From positions 1 through 59,327 of the IMG/VR virus record IMGVR_UViG_3300046051_000014: a DNA stretch of 59,327 bases, one strand, 5' to 3'. The notes beneath the pieces are model-generated. The model saw nothing but the letters and a program-made list of their open reading frames with translations, was not told where the DNA came from and did no database searches. Origin of the DNA: a virus. Its lineage: Duplodnaviria > Caudoviricetes. A program made the translations under genes and the position numbers. Within the stretch, counting starts at the first letter, position 1. Every line of letters begins with the position of its first letter. Positions 1 to 10,239 of the stretch are shown here, piece by piece.

Positions 1-151
1 TAGGGTGGACGTATTGGGCAGGTGTATCACACCAGGCTCGTGTAAACGCAAGGCTGTGGTGTCTCTGAAACCAGGTTCGTGAACCCCGCGAAACCAACTG
101 CACGCTGACGCCTCTGCTCTACCCAAGTTCGTCCGAAAAGAAGGGCCGCGG

Positions 152-805
152 CTATCGGTTGTGCGCGTTACGCAGCGCCCTGGCAGTGTGCTCGCCCGTC
201 AACTTGACGTACCTACGCGCGGTTTGGATTTCCTTCCAACCCATGAGGGCCTGTAGTTGGATAGCCTTCAGCCCGCGAGAGGCGTGGTAGGTCGCGGCCG
301 TGGATCGAAGGCAGTGAGGATAGGTCCGCTCGGGGTCTATGCTCTTTGCCTTCTCCGCGGCCCTGGTAACGCGGCGGTTCACGGTCTTGCGACTCATGGG
401 AAACTCGTCGTAGCGGTCGAAGAACCGCTCCATGATAAGCTCGACCTTGGGCGAGAAGTCGAAGGGGATGGTCCTGGCTCCCGCCTCGCTCTTCGGACAC
501 CATCGTTGCTCCATGGCGGCCTCGAAGGTCAGGTCGTTCCACTCGGTCTTTTGACGTGCCTGCTCCTTGCAATATCCACAATCGCAAGGCTCGTAGCGTG
601 GCACGTTAATCATCGAGCGGTCCCAGTCGACCCAATCCTCCTTCAGGTGACACATCTCTCCCGCTCGCATCCCGAGTCGACCACCCAGAAGAAGGATGAA
701 CCGTGTCTGAAGACGGTAATGCTCGTCCAGGAGCGTGGCACCCTCCAGCAACAATTGGAAGTCACGTTCTCCGAGGGCGTCCTGGTAGGTGTGACGCACG
801 CTCAT
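152..805 (-). CDS. Tyrosine recombinase/integrase, catalytic domain only (~217 aa, SNJ2-like)
   Basis: Catalytic R-K-HxxR-W-Y set: GMRAGE, PKS, HCLR, LMGW, RRY; CDCGYC insertion. Start moved to the ATG at 805 (MSVRHTYQ). Confidence 0.9.
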   Translation of the reverse strand: MSVRHTYQDALGERDFQLLLEGATLLDEHYRLQTRFILLLGGRLGMRAGEMCHLKEDWVDWDRSMINVPRYEPCDCGYCKEQARQKTEWNDLTFEAAMEQRWCPKSEAGARTIPFDFSPKVELIMERFFDRYDEFPMSRKTVNRRVTRAAEKAKSIDPERTYPHCLRSTAATYHASRGLKAIQLQALMGWKEIQTARRYVKLTGEHTARALRNAHNR

Positions 806-976
806 GCTTCGGACACTTTCGTGGTTGAGACAGGCTCGTGAGACGATACGACCTTCGACAGCAGGTTTGTGGCTTGCATGGTGTTTCCGCGAGGGCCTCG
901 ACCCTCTGATACCACCGACGAACACCCACCACATATAGTCTTCGATACTGGACTATCGACTTTACACGTAACAATC

Positions 977-2176
977 ATGGCAATACACGACATTGCGGTT
1001 CGAGACGGTGGCGGCGACAGCGCGAACAACTATGTCCTCGTCTTTGGCGGGGACCACGAACCTGAAAACACCACGAAGATGGGTGCCTCCAGCAGCGGGG
1101 GCACTGTAGACAAGAACGGGAACGACAACTGGCGTGTCCGCAACGACGCCGTGTGGGGTGGCACGGACGCCTGGACCTACTCGGGTGGCAAAATCCGCAT
1201 GGCCTTCGATGATCCAGACCGTGTGGACATCAACGTCAACAACAACGGCTGGTATCCCGCCACGGACTACAACGCGACCGAGACCCTGGGTGACGGCAGT
1301 GGTGGCGGTGGCGACAGTGGCGGCGACGACACTGGCTCCTCACAGCCCTCCTCAAGCGGCGACGCTGCCTGGAAGGACGTCAGTGGCCCTATCCAGAACA
1401 CTCGGCCTCGTTACGGGCTCGTGGACCGTCGCCCCACGACCGTGGATCACGAGACGGTCTTCGTGACCCCGAACGGTGACTTTGGCGAGGGCGCTGGCAC
1501 GAAGTCGAACCCCTTCGGCTCGCTCCAGGACGCCTTCAACTACATGCCCGTCCAGGTGCGACACACCTACAAGATCAAGCTCCTGGCAGGACACCACGAC
1601 TCGGACGACGTGGGTTCGTCGTTCAACGTGCCTTTCACCACCATCGACGGCCTCAGCAGCGCCAAGGTCATTATCGAGGGTAATACTACTTCGCCGAGCG
1701 ACCACCACGTCCATGCAAACCAGATCAACCTCCAGATGGACTGCACGGTCCAGGACTTCCAGATCGAGGGCGTGCACGTCCACGGCACCCTCCAGAGCTA
1801 CCGAACAAAGGTGTTTGTCGACGGCTGCGTCCTGGAGCCGAACGGGCGGTGGGGCAACGGACACGCCTATGCCATGGACTTCTACGGTGGAAAGGCAGCC
1901 CTCCGAGATTGCAGCGTCGTGGACAACGGCAACACGGACGCGGCCTTTAACTTCACCGAAATGTCCACGGTCATGATAGGGGGCAACGTGAACGTGGACG
2001 TGGACGCCCCGCTCGGTGCCACGGGCATGGGTGGCGGGTTCCTGATCGCCAAAAACGCCGACATCAACGCGGACTCGATCACGAGCGGGTGGGAACCTGC
2101 CCCGTTCGTGGTCTTCGATCACCAGGGCGTTGTCGGTGGCATGAACCGTGGCGACGCGGGGTTCGTGTTCGAGTGA
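977..2176 (+). CDS. Putative virion protein with beta-helix (pectin lyase-like) C-terminal domain
   Basis: Start at ATG 977. N-terminal domain, G/S/D linker, then VFVTPNGD..GTKSNPFGSLQDA motif that typically precedes right-handed beta-helices. Confidence 0.6.
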   Translation: MAIHDIAVRDGGGDSANNYVLVFGGDHEPENTTKMGASSSGGTVDKNGNDNWRVRNDAVWGGTDAWTYSGGKIRMAFDDPDRVDINVNNNGWYPATDYNATETLGDGSGGGGDSGGDDTGSSQPSSSGDAAWKDVSGPIQNTRPRYGLVDRRPTTVDHETVFVTPNGDFGEGAGTKSNPFGSLQDAFNYMPVQVRHTYKIKLLAGHHDSDDVGSSFNVPFTTIDGLSSAKVIIEGNTTSPSDHHVHANQINLQMDCTVQDFQIEGVHVHGTLQSYRTKVFVDGCVLEPNGRWGNGHAYAMDFYGGKAALRDCSVVDNGNTDAAFNFTEMSTVMIGGNVNVDVDAPLGATGMGGGFLIAKNADINADSITSGWEPAPFVVFDHQGVVGGMNRGDAGFVFE

Positions 2177-2266
2177 TGGCCCTGAAATTTGACACGACCC
2201 TTGGGCAGAGCACGTTCTTAACTACCGACTGGACGCTGACTGAACACGACCGCAACGACAACGACG

Positions 2267-3634
2267 ATGGATAGAACACTAACCTACGACTCGACGGCCT
2301 CGTTCCGATTCGAGGAAACCGAAGGAGTCACGGTCGACGGTGAGGAGGTCCGTATCGACTGGAGCGACGTGGAGACCGTCACGGTCTCGGATGCACCGTG
2401 GACTGACGCCTTCGACACGGAGGAGTTTTACAAGATCGAGGGAGTCTTGACGAAGCCTGTCAAGCAACTGTATCGGAAGGACGGCAGTGTGGAGGCATAC
2501 ACGAAGCCCGCCGAGGAGATCGAGAAGGCAGCGTGGAGTGCGGATAACATTCCCTTCACACTCGACCACCCCGCGACGGGCACGGTCCAGCGTCCGTGGC
2601 AAGTCCATGGATTCTGGCGAAACCCTCGCTTCGACTCCGAGACGAACGAGCTACGCGAGTCGCTGTATATTCCCACGAACGACGAGGAGGCAAAGGGGTT
2701 CGTGGAGGATGCAAACGACGTCTCGATCGGGTTCTTCTCGGACCTCGAATCCGACTTCGACGGTGCAGTCGGGGACGTGGATACCGAGGACCTCGACGGC
2801 TACCAGACGAACCTGATGATCGACCACGCTGCGGCGGTGGATACAGGCCGCTGTAGCGGAGATCAGGGTTGTGGCTTGGCAGTGGACTCGGCGGAAGGAG
2901 AGACGTTCAAGAAGCAGTACCGCAATGCGTATGGCGTCGATGTCGAAAGCGGCGACGTGGCGCTCAATGCGGACGAGCGTGCGGCGGGACTGACCCTCGA
3001 TGATGTTCAGGGCGCTGATGACAGCGAACTGGAAAGCGAGGACGCGGGTGGCGACACGGACGACGAACAACACGAACCTACGGAGACTACCGACATGACT
3101 GACAACGACTTCGATCTTGATACGGGCGACCTGACTCTCGACACCATCGCGGAGATGAACGACGAGGTGGCGGAACTGGTCGCCGATCACGAACAGCTAC
3201 AGGACGACTATGAGGACCTCGAAGAGGATCACGCCGAAGCACAGGATCGTGCAACCGCCTTCGAGGACCTTCGAGAAAGCCTCGACATCGAGGAGGACCA
3301 CGACCCCGAAGACGTGATCGACGCGGCGGAGGCACGCCTCGACGCGACCGAGGACCTCGAAGACGAGTTGGCCGAGTACCGAGAGGACGAGCGTGAAGAC
3401 CTCATCAGCGAGATCGAGCAGGTTACTGACCGCTACGAGGACGAGTACGAGGACATGAACCTCGATGAACTGGAGGCGAAGCGCGACGAGCTTCACGAGC
3501 TTGCCCAGGACATCGGGGCTGACGTCTCGATCAAGGGCGGTGTCGTGGAGGATTCCGAGGGAACCACGGACGAGGCATCCGAAGAAGGTGTCGTTCGGGT
3601 TCGTGCCTGGGAAGAGAACGAGGAGTTGCTGTAA
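2267..3634 (+). CDS. Prohead protease (DUF2213-like) with acidic coiled-coil scaffold C-terminus
   Basis: Motifs FTLDHP, DVSIGF, IDHAAAVDTGRC; D/E-rich helical tail; upstream of capsid genes. Confidence 0.8.
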   Translation: MDRTLTYDSTASFRFEETEGVTVDGEEVRIDWSDVETVTVSDAPWTDAFDTEEFYKIEGVLTKPVKQLYRKDGSVEAYTKPAEEIEKAAWSADNIPFTLDHPATGTVQRPWQVHGFWRNPRFDSETNELRESLYIPTNDEEAKGFVEDANDVSIGFFSDLESDFDGAVGDVDTEDLDGYQTNLMIDHAAAVDTGRCSGDQGCGLAVDSAEGETFKKQYRNAYGVDVESGDVALNADERAAGLTLDDVQGADDSELESEDAGGDTDDEQHEPTETTDMTDNDFDLDTGDLTLDTIAEMNDEVAELVADHEQLQDDYEDLEEDHAEAQDRATAFEDLRESLDIEEDHDPEDVIDAAEARLDATEDLEDELAEYREDEREDLISEIEQVTDRYEDEYEDMNLDELEAKRDELHELAQDIGADVSIKGGVVEDSEGTTDEASEEGVVRVRAWEENEELL

Positions 3635-3721
3635 GGGGCTCGCTCCTTTATAAGACTCAACTCCACAGCTACCATAATAGAAGCAGTACCATCGCGGATA
3701 CCACAACGGAGATCAAAACAC

Positions 3722-4237
3722 ATGGAACTTTACATCGAATCGGCTGATCGACCCCTCAAAAGTGCCCTCGCCAATGAGGCCGTGACGGCTGGCGAGCTTG
3801 TCGACGCTACGGGCGGGGCAAACCCGCTGGCGTCGGACGGGCGCTTTGATGGGGTCGCCACTTACGAGCCCGAGTTTCTTGCTCGGGACGACCAGAACGA
3901 GGTCGTTGACGAGACCTACGAAGCAGATCAGCGCGTTCCCCACGGCGGTGACGCCGATCGGGACCGTATCAAGGCACGGACCATCGAGGACGACACTTCG
4001 GCGGCACCCGCCATCGAGCACGGCGACGTCGTTGGTGTCGTGGACTCTTCAAGCGCGGACGCCCCTGACAATTCGGACGGCCGCATTGTCGAGGAGGGTT
4101 ACACGGCTGGCGCAACCACGTTCGATGAAGCGAGCGGCAACTTCAAGCCCATCGGCATTGCGGTTCGACCAGGCCGCCAGCTTGGCGACACCGTGGCTGA
4201 ATACGATCACCCCGTTCGGGTCGAGGTGCGTCGATGA
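3722..4237 (+). CDS. Probable capsid decoration/cement protein
   Basis: 171 aa between protease and major capsid gene; synteny. Confidence 0.6.
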   Translation: MELYIESADRPLKSALANEAVTAGELVDATGGANPLASDGRFDGVATYEPEFLARDDQNEVVDETYEADQRVPHGGDADRDRIKARTIEDDTSAAPAIEHGDVVGVVDSSSADAPDNSDGRIVEEGYTAGATTFDEASGNFKPIGIAVRPGRQLGDTVAEYDHPVRVEVRR

Positions 4238-4277
4238 ATCACATCGCTGATACTGAAGAAATCGGAGGTACTTACTA

Positions 4278-5336
4278 ATGGCTACTACCAGTTTCCTGTC
4301 GAAGGAGGACATGAAGGTCCTCCTTCCCGACGAGGACATCATGCTCAAGCGGTTCGGACGGGATCAGCCCTCCTACCGTAGGCAGTTCGCTCCCCTGACC
4401 ACGCTCCCGCAGGGTGAAATGTACGTCGAAGAGGGCGAGGGCGTCTACCTCGACGCAGCCACGGACATGCCCGAGACCGAGACCGCGCCTGGCGAGGTCC
4501 TGGGTAACGTCGACGTGGTTCGCTACGAGGGCGACCAGACGTACATCCCGCGGATGACCCACGGGATCACCGTCGAGCAGGAGGACCTCGAAAAGAACGG
4601 CGGGGCCGAGAAGCTTCAGCGCCTTCGCAACGGGCTCGTGGAACTGTTCGACCTCCAGGCCGACCTCCAGTTCCTCAATGGTGCCGCCGACGAGAACGGC
4701 AATCAGATCACTCCTGGCATTTTCAACTGGCTCGACGCCAACATCGACACCTCGGGCGGCCAGGGTCCTGGCGGCGACAGCCAGGTGATCGACTGCTCGC
4801 AGTTCGACACTGCCACGGACCTGGACGACATCCCCGCGAACATCATCGTCCAGGAGGCCTACGGTCGTACCACGGGCGAGTACGCGGACACGACCTGGGA
4901 GTTGGCACTCGGCCAGCACGACACCTGGGCGCTCTGGAACGGCATCCAGAACAACGATGGTGTCACCCAGATGTCTCACTGGGTCGCCAACGACAATGAT
5001 CAGGTCGGCGTGGGTGTTCGTCGCACGCTCAACATCCAGCCCGAGATCGGTCTTCCCACGGCTCCTGACGCGAACGACACCCTCCGCTTCGACGTGGAGT
5101 ACCCCGACGACACGATGTACCTGATTCCCGAGCACGGTGGGGACTTCTACGAGCTTTACGAGCAGGCTCGTCCCACGGGACGGGACGACCCCGTTCCCCA
5201 GGAGGGTTTCCGAGAGCGCCACGAGTTCCGATGGAGAGCCAAGAGCGTCTACAACATGGGCACCTACGTCAACGACGACGGCGAGTACCCTGCCATGGAC
5301 GTGATTCGGCTCGACAACGTTAGCTCACTGTTCTGA
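4278..5336 (+). CDS. Major capsid protein (HK97 fold)
   Basis: 352 aa, position, DLQFLNG..ITPGIFN motif resembling HK97-type capsid proteins, strong codon bias. Confidence 0.8.
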   Translation: MATTSFLSKEDMKVLLPDEDIMLKRFGRDQPSYRRQFAPLTTLPQGEMYVEEGEGVYLDAATDMPETETAPGEVLGNVDVVRYEGDQTYIPRMTHGITVEQEDLEKNGGAEKLQRLRNGLVELFDLQADLQFLNGAADENGNQITPGIFNWLDANIDTSGGQGPGGDSQVIDCSQFDTATDLDDIPANIIVQEAYGRTTGEYADTTWELALGQHDTWALWNGIQNNDGVTQMSHWVANDNDQVGVGVRRTLNIQPEIGLPTAPDANDTLRFDVEYPDDTMYLIPEHGGDFYELYEQARPTGRDDPVPQEGFRERHEFRWRAKSVYNMGTYVNDDGEYPAMDVIRLDNVSSLF

Positions 5337-5399
5337 ATAGCTAACAAGGTGGTGCATAGTTTATGACTGACTACATGTCGACACAGGCCTGGGTGTTCA

Positions 5400-5591
5400 A
5401 TGGCCGCTGAGTCCCAGGCCCCTGATCGTGACTTGGACCAGACTACCTACAGACGGGAGAAAGTCGACAACCGCTTGGATGACAACGAGAAACGACTCTC
5501 CCGTCTCGAAAAGGGCGCGATTCTCGTGGCAGGGTATATGATTAGCGAGGGTGGTCAGTCCATGAGCGACGTCGTGCAGATGCTCCTGTAA
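5400..5591 (+). CDS. Small coiled-coil plus hydrophobic-helix protein
   Basis: RLDDNEKRLSRLEK followed by a hydrophobic segment. Confidence 0.5.
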   Translation: MAAESQAPDRDLDQTTYRREKVDNRLDDNEKRLSRLEKGAILVAGYMISEGGQSMSDVVQMLL

Positions 5592-5627
5592 CACGACACG
5601 TTCCTGACGGTTACACAAATCTGAGCA

Positions 5628-6053
5628 ATGGCCGAGAACCCGAGCAACTTCCAGATAAGCGACGACAACGAACTGGAATCAGCGGTGCGCTCGGCCACGG
5701 GCTATCACGACACGGTGGACGAACTGACGTCCAGTGACCTGACAGCCCACATAGATGACGCAAAGAGGGACGTGTATATCGAGACGGACTCGACGGACTG
5801 GTACGACGACCTCGCACTTGGCCAGGCCCTCAAGGCATACACGTGCATCCTTGCGAAGGTCGCTGTCGAGAACTACTCCGTCAGTTCGTATTCCTTCGGC
5901 GACGTGACCATTGCGGCACGTGACGCCCCGCCTGAGGACAGTGCCCAACTACAACAGTGGGCGAAGCAGGCCGCTGACGCCCTCGAAGAAAGTGGCTCGA
6001 ACAAGGACGTGCAGCCCACGAGCATGAGAAACACGTCCGCGTACATAGGATGA
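5628..6053 (+). CDS. Head-tail adaptor
   Basis: Size, position after the capsid gene, VSSYSFGDVTI motif typical of adaptors. Confidence 0.7.
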   Translation: MAENPSNFQISDDNELESAVRSATGYHDTVDELTSSDLTAHIDDAKRDVYIETDSTDWYDDLALGQALKAYTCILAKVAVENYSVSSYSFGDVTIAARDAPPEDSAQLQQWAKQAADALEESGSNKDVQPTSMRNTSAYIG

Positions 6054-6145
6054 GGGCGTTTGAAGAACACAGGTCTTTCGAGAACTACAGGCTCCTGAAC
6101 GACTACACGCCGCTCACACGCCGCCCACGAGGCTCTGATAGATGA
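6050..6145 (+). CDS. 31-aa micro-ORF (MRAFEEHRSF...)
   Basis: ATGA overlaps with both neighbouring genes. Confidence 0.45.
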   Translation: MRAFEEHRSFENYRLLNDYTPLTRRPRGSDR

Positions 6146-6522
6146 AAGGGCGACTCCCCATCGGACCTGCACGGACGGCCGTCAGGCAGCGTCAGTCGCC
6201 TCACAAGGTCCATGAGGTCACGGTCTCGAAGGGGAACATGGGCCAGGACGTCACGGACAAGACCGAACGCAACGAGCCTGCTCATATCTACCTCTATCGG
6301 CCAGGCGAGTCCGAAGTCCAGGTTCCTGGCGGAATCAGGACCGAGGGCAGCCTTCAGGGTCTTGCCGTCAACGACCACGACGGGATTCAACCTAATATCG
6401 AAGTCAGCGACCACCTCACCTACGGCGGTGTCGAGTACGAGCTTGTCAGTATGACTGGCGTGCATCGTGACGAGGACCCGCCGCTTTACCGCCTTCGATT
6501 CGAGAGGGTGGAGCACGAATAA
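6142..6522 (+). CDS. Head closure protein
   Basis: 126 aa, beta-rich, DHLTYGGVEYELVS motif, synteny. Confidence 0.65.
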   Translation: MKGRLPIGPARTAVRQRQSPHKVHEVTVSKGNMGQDVTDKTERNEPAHIYLYRPGESEVQVPGGIRTEGSLQGLAVNDHDGIQPNIEVSDHLTYGGVEYELVSMTGVHRDEDPPLYRLRFERVEHE

Positions 6523-7079
6523 TGGCTGGTCGACGCAGGGTCCAAAAGCGGTTGGCGAAGCTCCCTGACAAGATCGAGGATGAGGTCACGGAGTCGGTGC
6601 GCGAAGACATGGCCCTGATCAAGGCCCACGCCATTGACAACATCAATGCGGGTGGACCGACGGAACGAATCGCCTGGCGTGGTCCCCTCAGTGCCTCGCT
6701 CAAGGTCTCCGACCACGTGAACGAGGCTGGCTTTCGCACCTTCGTGGTCGAAACGGACCCCTTGATTGCGCCCTACGCCCCTGTCGTGGAGTTCGGTTCT
6801 GGAAGCAACAGCGAGGCAACGCACCCCGACTTCACGTTCGAGGCTCCTGAAGAGAGCGCGGAACTGCTTGCGGAGATCACCGAGTGGGTCGAGGGTAAGG
6901 GAATCACGCCCGACCACCCACGAATCTCACAGTCCGAGCTACCTGGGGCAATCACTGCCTCGATCGCACGGGAAGGCCAAGAGCCACACCCGTTCTTCAG
7001 ACCCGCGTGGCGTCGGCGCGAGCTTCGCCTTATCAAGAACGTGAAAAAGGCGGTAGACCGAGCCGTCGACAGTGTGTAA
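6522..7079 (+). CDS. Neck protein, HK97 gp10-like
   Basis: YAPVVEFGS and PHPFFRPAW motifs. Confidence 0.8.
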   Translation: MAGRRRVQKRLAKLPDKIEDEVTESVREDMALIKAHAIDNINAGGPTERIAWRGPLSASLKVSDHVNEAGFRTFVVETDPLIAPYAPVVEFGSGSNSEATHPDFTFEAPEESAELLAEITEWVEGKGITPDHPRISQSELPGAITASIAREGQEPHPFFRPAWRRRELRLIKNVKKAVDRAVDSV

Positions 7080-7148
7080 TCGCACGAGCCTGCCTACTAC
7101 ACGAACCTGGTTGCTACACGCCCCTGATCAACACGACCCCTAACAGCA

Positions 7149-7730
7149 ATGGCACGACGAGAGGACATCAGAGTGGCGCTTTACGAGGAGCTACTGTCCA
7201 TCGCGGACGGTCGTGCCACGGTCACGGTCGACTTTTCGGAGGCTTCGGAAAAATCCGCAGCCATCTACTACGACGGCAGTGAACGGCCACACCCTTTCAA
7301 CCAGGGCTCTGCGGGCCCCGATCACGTCCATCGAGACGACCAGGGACGTGTCACCGAGGAGGTCTATGTCTCACACTGGGACTACGTTGCCGACGTCAGC
7401 GTCATGGTGGACGACGACACCCAACAGGAACGAATCTACCAGGACCTTCGTGACGAGCTTCAGCGATTCAACTACTCGGGATGGGACTACAAGGACTTCC
7501 ACGAACACTGCGAGCGGTTTCGGGTCGCGGACATGTCCGACTCGACGGACGTGAACACCACGTCCGTGATGCGGGGCGACACGGTGCAGGTCGTCATCGG
7601 CTACGTCAGTGGTCGCGTCAAGTCCGTCGAACCCATCGACACGATCGGCGGGGACGTGGATACCACTGAGGACACTGACAACGCGGACAACTACGACCAG
7701 ACGACTGGAAAGGACTCTTCAGCGTCCTGA
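7149..7730 (+). CDS. Tail terminator/completion protein
   Basis: Position between neck and sheath genes. Confidence 0.55.
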   Translation: MARREDIRVALYEELLSIADGRATVTVDFSEASEKSAAIYYDGSERPHPFNQGSAGPDHVHRDDQGRVTEEVYVSHWDYVADVSVMVDDDTQQERIYQDLRDELQRFNYSGWDYKDFHEHCERFRVADMSDSTDVNTTSVMRGDTVQVVIGYVSGRVKSVEPIDTIGGDVDTTEDTDNADNYDQTTGKDSSAS

Positions 7731-7784
7731 TGCACTACGGTAGTTGCAGACACTCGACACTATAACACTTAACGGAGATCACAC

Positions 7785-9089
7785 ATGGCACGAACCTACG
7801 GTACGAACGATATTCCCTACGACATCATCAGCGTGGGCTCGGGCGGCACGGTCGGCGTTTCGACCGCCTTCGAGTCCACGGCTGGCCTGGTCGGCGGGAT
7901 GGACACCAGCAACGGCACGGCCACGCCTGGTGAGGTCGTTGCCCTCTCGTCGGGACCTACTGCGGAGTCCCAGTTCGGTGAGGGCAGCGAGCTTGCCCGT
8001 GGCACGAAGAAGGCGCTTGCAAACGGAGTCAGCACCGTGTACGCGGTGCCCGTCGCTGAAACCGAAACCACGGATACCGTCTCGGATGGAGAGGTCCTCA
8101 CTGAGGCCCCCGTTATGGACCCGAACGTCCAGCCCGAGCACACCATTGAGGGGTATGACAACGGCGGTGGGGCAAGCGCGGACGTGGCAGTCGATTACAA
8201 CTCGCCGCCCACCCACGACTCCAATGAGGGCGACATCACCGTCAACCCGATCACGGGCGAGGTGAAGACGGACTCGGCGAACACCTTCGACATCACCTAC
8301 ACCTACGGTGACTATCAGAACGCCATCGACGCGGCGGTCGTGGAAACGCCACGGTTCATCGCCGCGTTGACCGAGAACGTCTCGGTCGCCAACCACCTCG
8401 AAGGACGCCTCAGCGAGAAGGCACAGGACTTCGAGTTCATGCACGGCATTGTGGGTGCGAGCCCAGGGGTTGAGGCGGCGAACTACACGGACAGCTTCGA
8501 TTCGAGTCGCCTCTCTGTCGTGGCAGCCTCCCGAGGCTTCGAGGACGTGGCACGGACCGAGGAGGTCCGTACCGTCTCGGGGGTTGCTGGCCTCCAGGCC
8601 GCTAAAGAACTCGGCGACTCCACGACCTACGAGTCCGTGGATGGCTACGCGGTTCTTCGGGACACCTACACCAACTCCCAACTCGGGGACCTGATCGACA
8701 AGGGCGTGCTTCCGCTCAAGTCGAGCGGTCGTATCTTCGTGGTGAAGGACATGACGACCTCCCAGAACACGAAGTTCGAGCGCATCTACGTGGACGAGAT
8801 CGCCGACGAGGCTACCGAACGCAGCCACCAGATCAACCAGCAGTTCATCGGTGACGCCAACACCGACACGAACAGGTTCCTGCTTTACGAGAGCCATCGG
8901 TCGGCCTTCGAGGGCATGGAGGAGAACAGGCCCCCGCTGCTGGACGACTTCGTGGTGGAGGTCAATGAGGCACCGAACGACCCGAACGAGGTTCGCGTGA
9001 ACATCGGCCTGGATGTGGTCGACATGATGGACTACATCAACGTGTCGATTCTCGTGGGTGACATCGTTCGCCAGGACGAGCGGGCGTAA
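7785..9089 (+). CDS. Tail sheath protein
   Basis: QFGEGSELA near the N-terminus, FIGDANT and VRVNIGLDVVDMMDYINVSI at the C-terminus; followed by a tube-sized gene. Confidence 0.85.
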   Translation: MARTYGTNDIPYDIISVGSGGTVGVSTAFESTAGLVGGMDTSNGTATPGEVVALSSGPTAESQFGEGSELARGTKKALANGVSTVYAVPVAETETTDTVSDGEVLTEAPVMDPNVQPEHTIEGYDNGGGASADVAVDYNSPPTHDSNEGDITVNPITGEVKTDSANTFDITYTYGDYQNAIDAAVVETPRFIAALTENVSVANHLEGRLSEKAQDFEFMHGIVGASPGVEAANYTDSFDSSRLSVVAASRGFEDVARTEEVRTVSGVAGLQAAKELGDSTTYESVDGYAVLRDTYTNSQLGDLIDKGVLPLKSSGRIFVVKDMTTSQNTKFERIYVDEIADEATERSHQINQQFIGDANTDTNRFLLYESHRSAFEGMEENRPPLLDDFVVEVNEAPNDPNEVRVNIGLDVVDMMDYINVSILVGDIVRQDERA

Positions 9090-9118
9090 ACGCTCTCAAC
9101 ACAGGAGATTACTGATAC

Positions 9119-9538
9119 ATGGCACTTCACGAAAGCAAGATCGTCAACGCGAACAACGTCGACCTGTACGTCACCTCTGCACAGGGCGGCCAGGTCGTGA
9201 ACACCGAAAAAATGGTCGTGGACGAGTTTACTATCGGAACGGACAGCGACATGTCCGCACTCAGCGGCGTGGGCGACCACGACACTCAGGGCATGTCTCT
9301 GGGAGACGTCACGCACAACTTCTCGTTCACCGTTCAGGGTGAGGAGGCCGCTCTCTTCGGGTCGCTTGCCCGTACCGACAACGGTGCTCCCGCACGACTT
9401 CAGTTGCGGGCCCAGGGCGAGGACTTCGACATCTCGCTCGATAATGCCTTCGCCGAAACGCGAGACTACAGTGCATCGAGCGGCGATGCGCTTGAGTACG
9501 AGGTCAGCGGCATGGCCGTGAGCGTCAGCGAAGGGTAG
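9119..9538 (+). CDS. Tail tube protein
   Basis: 139 aa beta-rich ORF directly after the sheath gene. Confidence 0.75.
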   Translation: MALHESKIVNANNVDLYVTSAQGGQVVNTEKMVVDEFTIGTDSDMSALSGVGDHDTQGMSLGDVTHNFSFTVQGEEAALFGSLARTDNGAPARLQLRAQGEDFDISLDNAFAETRDYSASSGDALEYEVSGMAVSVSEG

Positions 9539-9666
9539 CTTCACGTTGTTTCCTCGCTACACACCACCGTGTAGCGGGGGCTTTTCTGCTGTTATACAGC
9601 ACGAGAGTGAACCGACACGAACGTGGGAAGCCACGTAAATCACACAAACAGGACCAAACATAACAG

Positions 9667-10239
9667 ATGTCTGATTTATTCGAGGCCAGATCAAAGATCG
9701 AGGAGGGCGCATCGTGGCGGGGCGAGATCAACGTTCACATCGAAGACGAGAAGAAGGAGCTATCCGTGCGGCAACTCCGTGACCCAGAGTTCTGGGAGGT
9801 CATGGAGTTGATCGACCGAGAGGCCCTTCGGAGTCTCAAGGGCGAGTTGGACGAAGAGAAGATGGACGAGTACCAGGAACTTCGGGACTCCGAGGACCTG
9901 GACGACGACGAGAGTGAGCGACTGGAGGAGCTTCAGGAGGAGCTTGAAGACGAGTCCACTGACATCTTCGGCCGCCTCGACTACGACACGTTCGAGGGTG
10001 TGCGCCAAGCTGCCAAGTACGGTGTGGTGCCCGACGAGGCCGACAAGCGCGAGGCCTTGATCGAGAAAGGCGATTACATCGAGGAACACTACGGCTACGA
10101 ACCCACCTCCAGTGAGGACACAGAAGAGTACCTCAACGACGAGATCGCCCGCATGATGGACCGATCGACCAAGTTCGTGTCGTTCACCATCGGCATCCAG
10201 GTCCTTCGAGAGACCATGGGTGATTCGGGAAAGTCGTAG
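9667..10239 (+). CDS. Tail assembly chaperone
   Basis: Between tube and tape measure genes; ends at slippery G GGA AAG. Confidence 0.75.
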   Translation: MSDLFEARSKIEEGASWRGEINVHIEDEKKELSVRQLRDPEFWEVMELIDREALRSLKGELDEEKMDEYQELRDSEDLDDDESERLEELQEELEDESTDIFGRLDYDTFEGVRQAAKYGVVPDEADKREALIEKGDYIEEHYGYEPTSSEDTEEYLNDEIARMMDRSTKFVSFTIGIQVLRETMGDSGKS

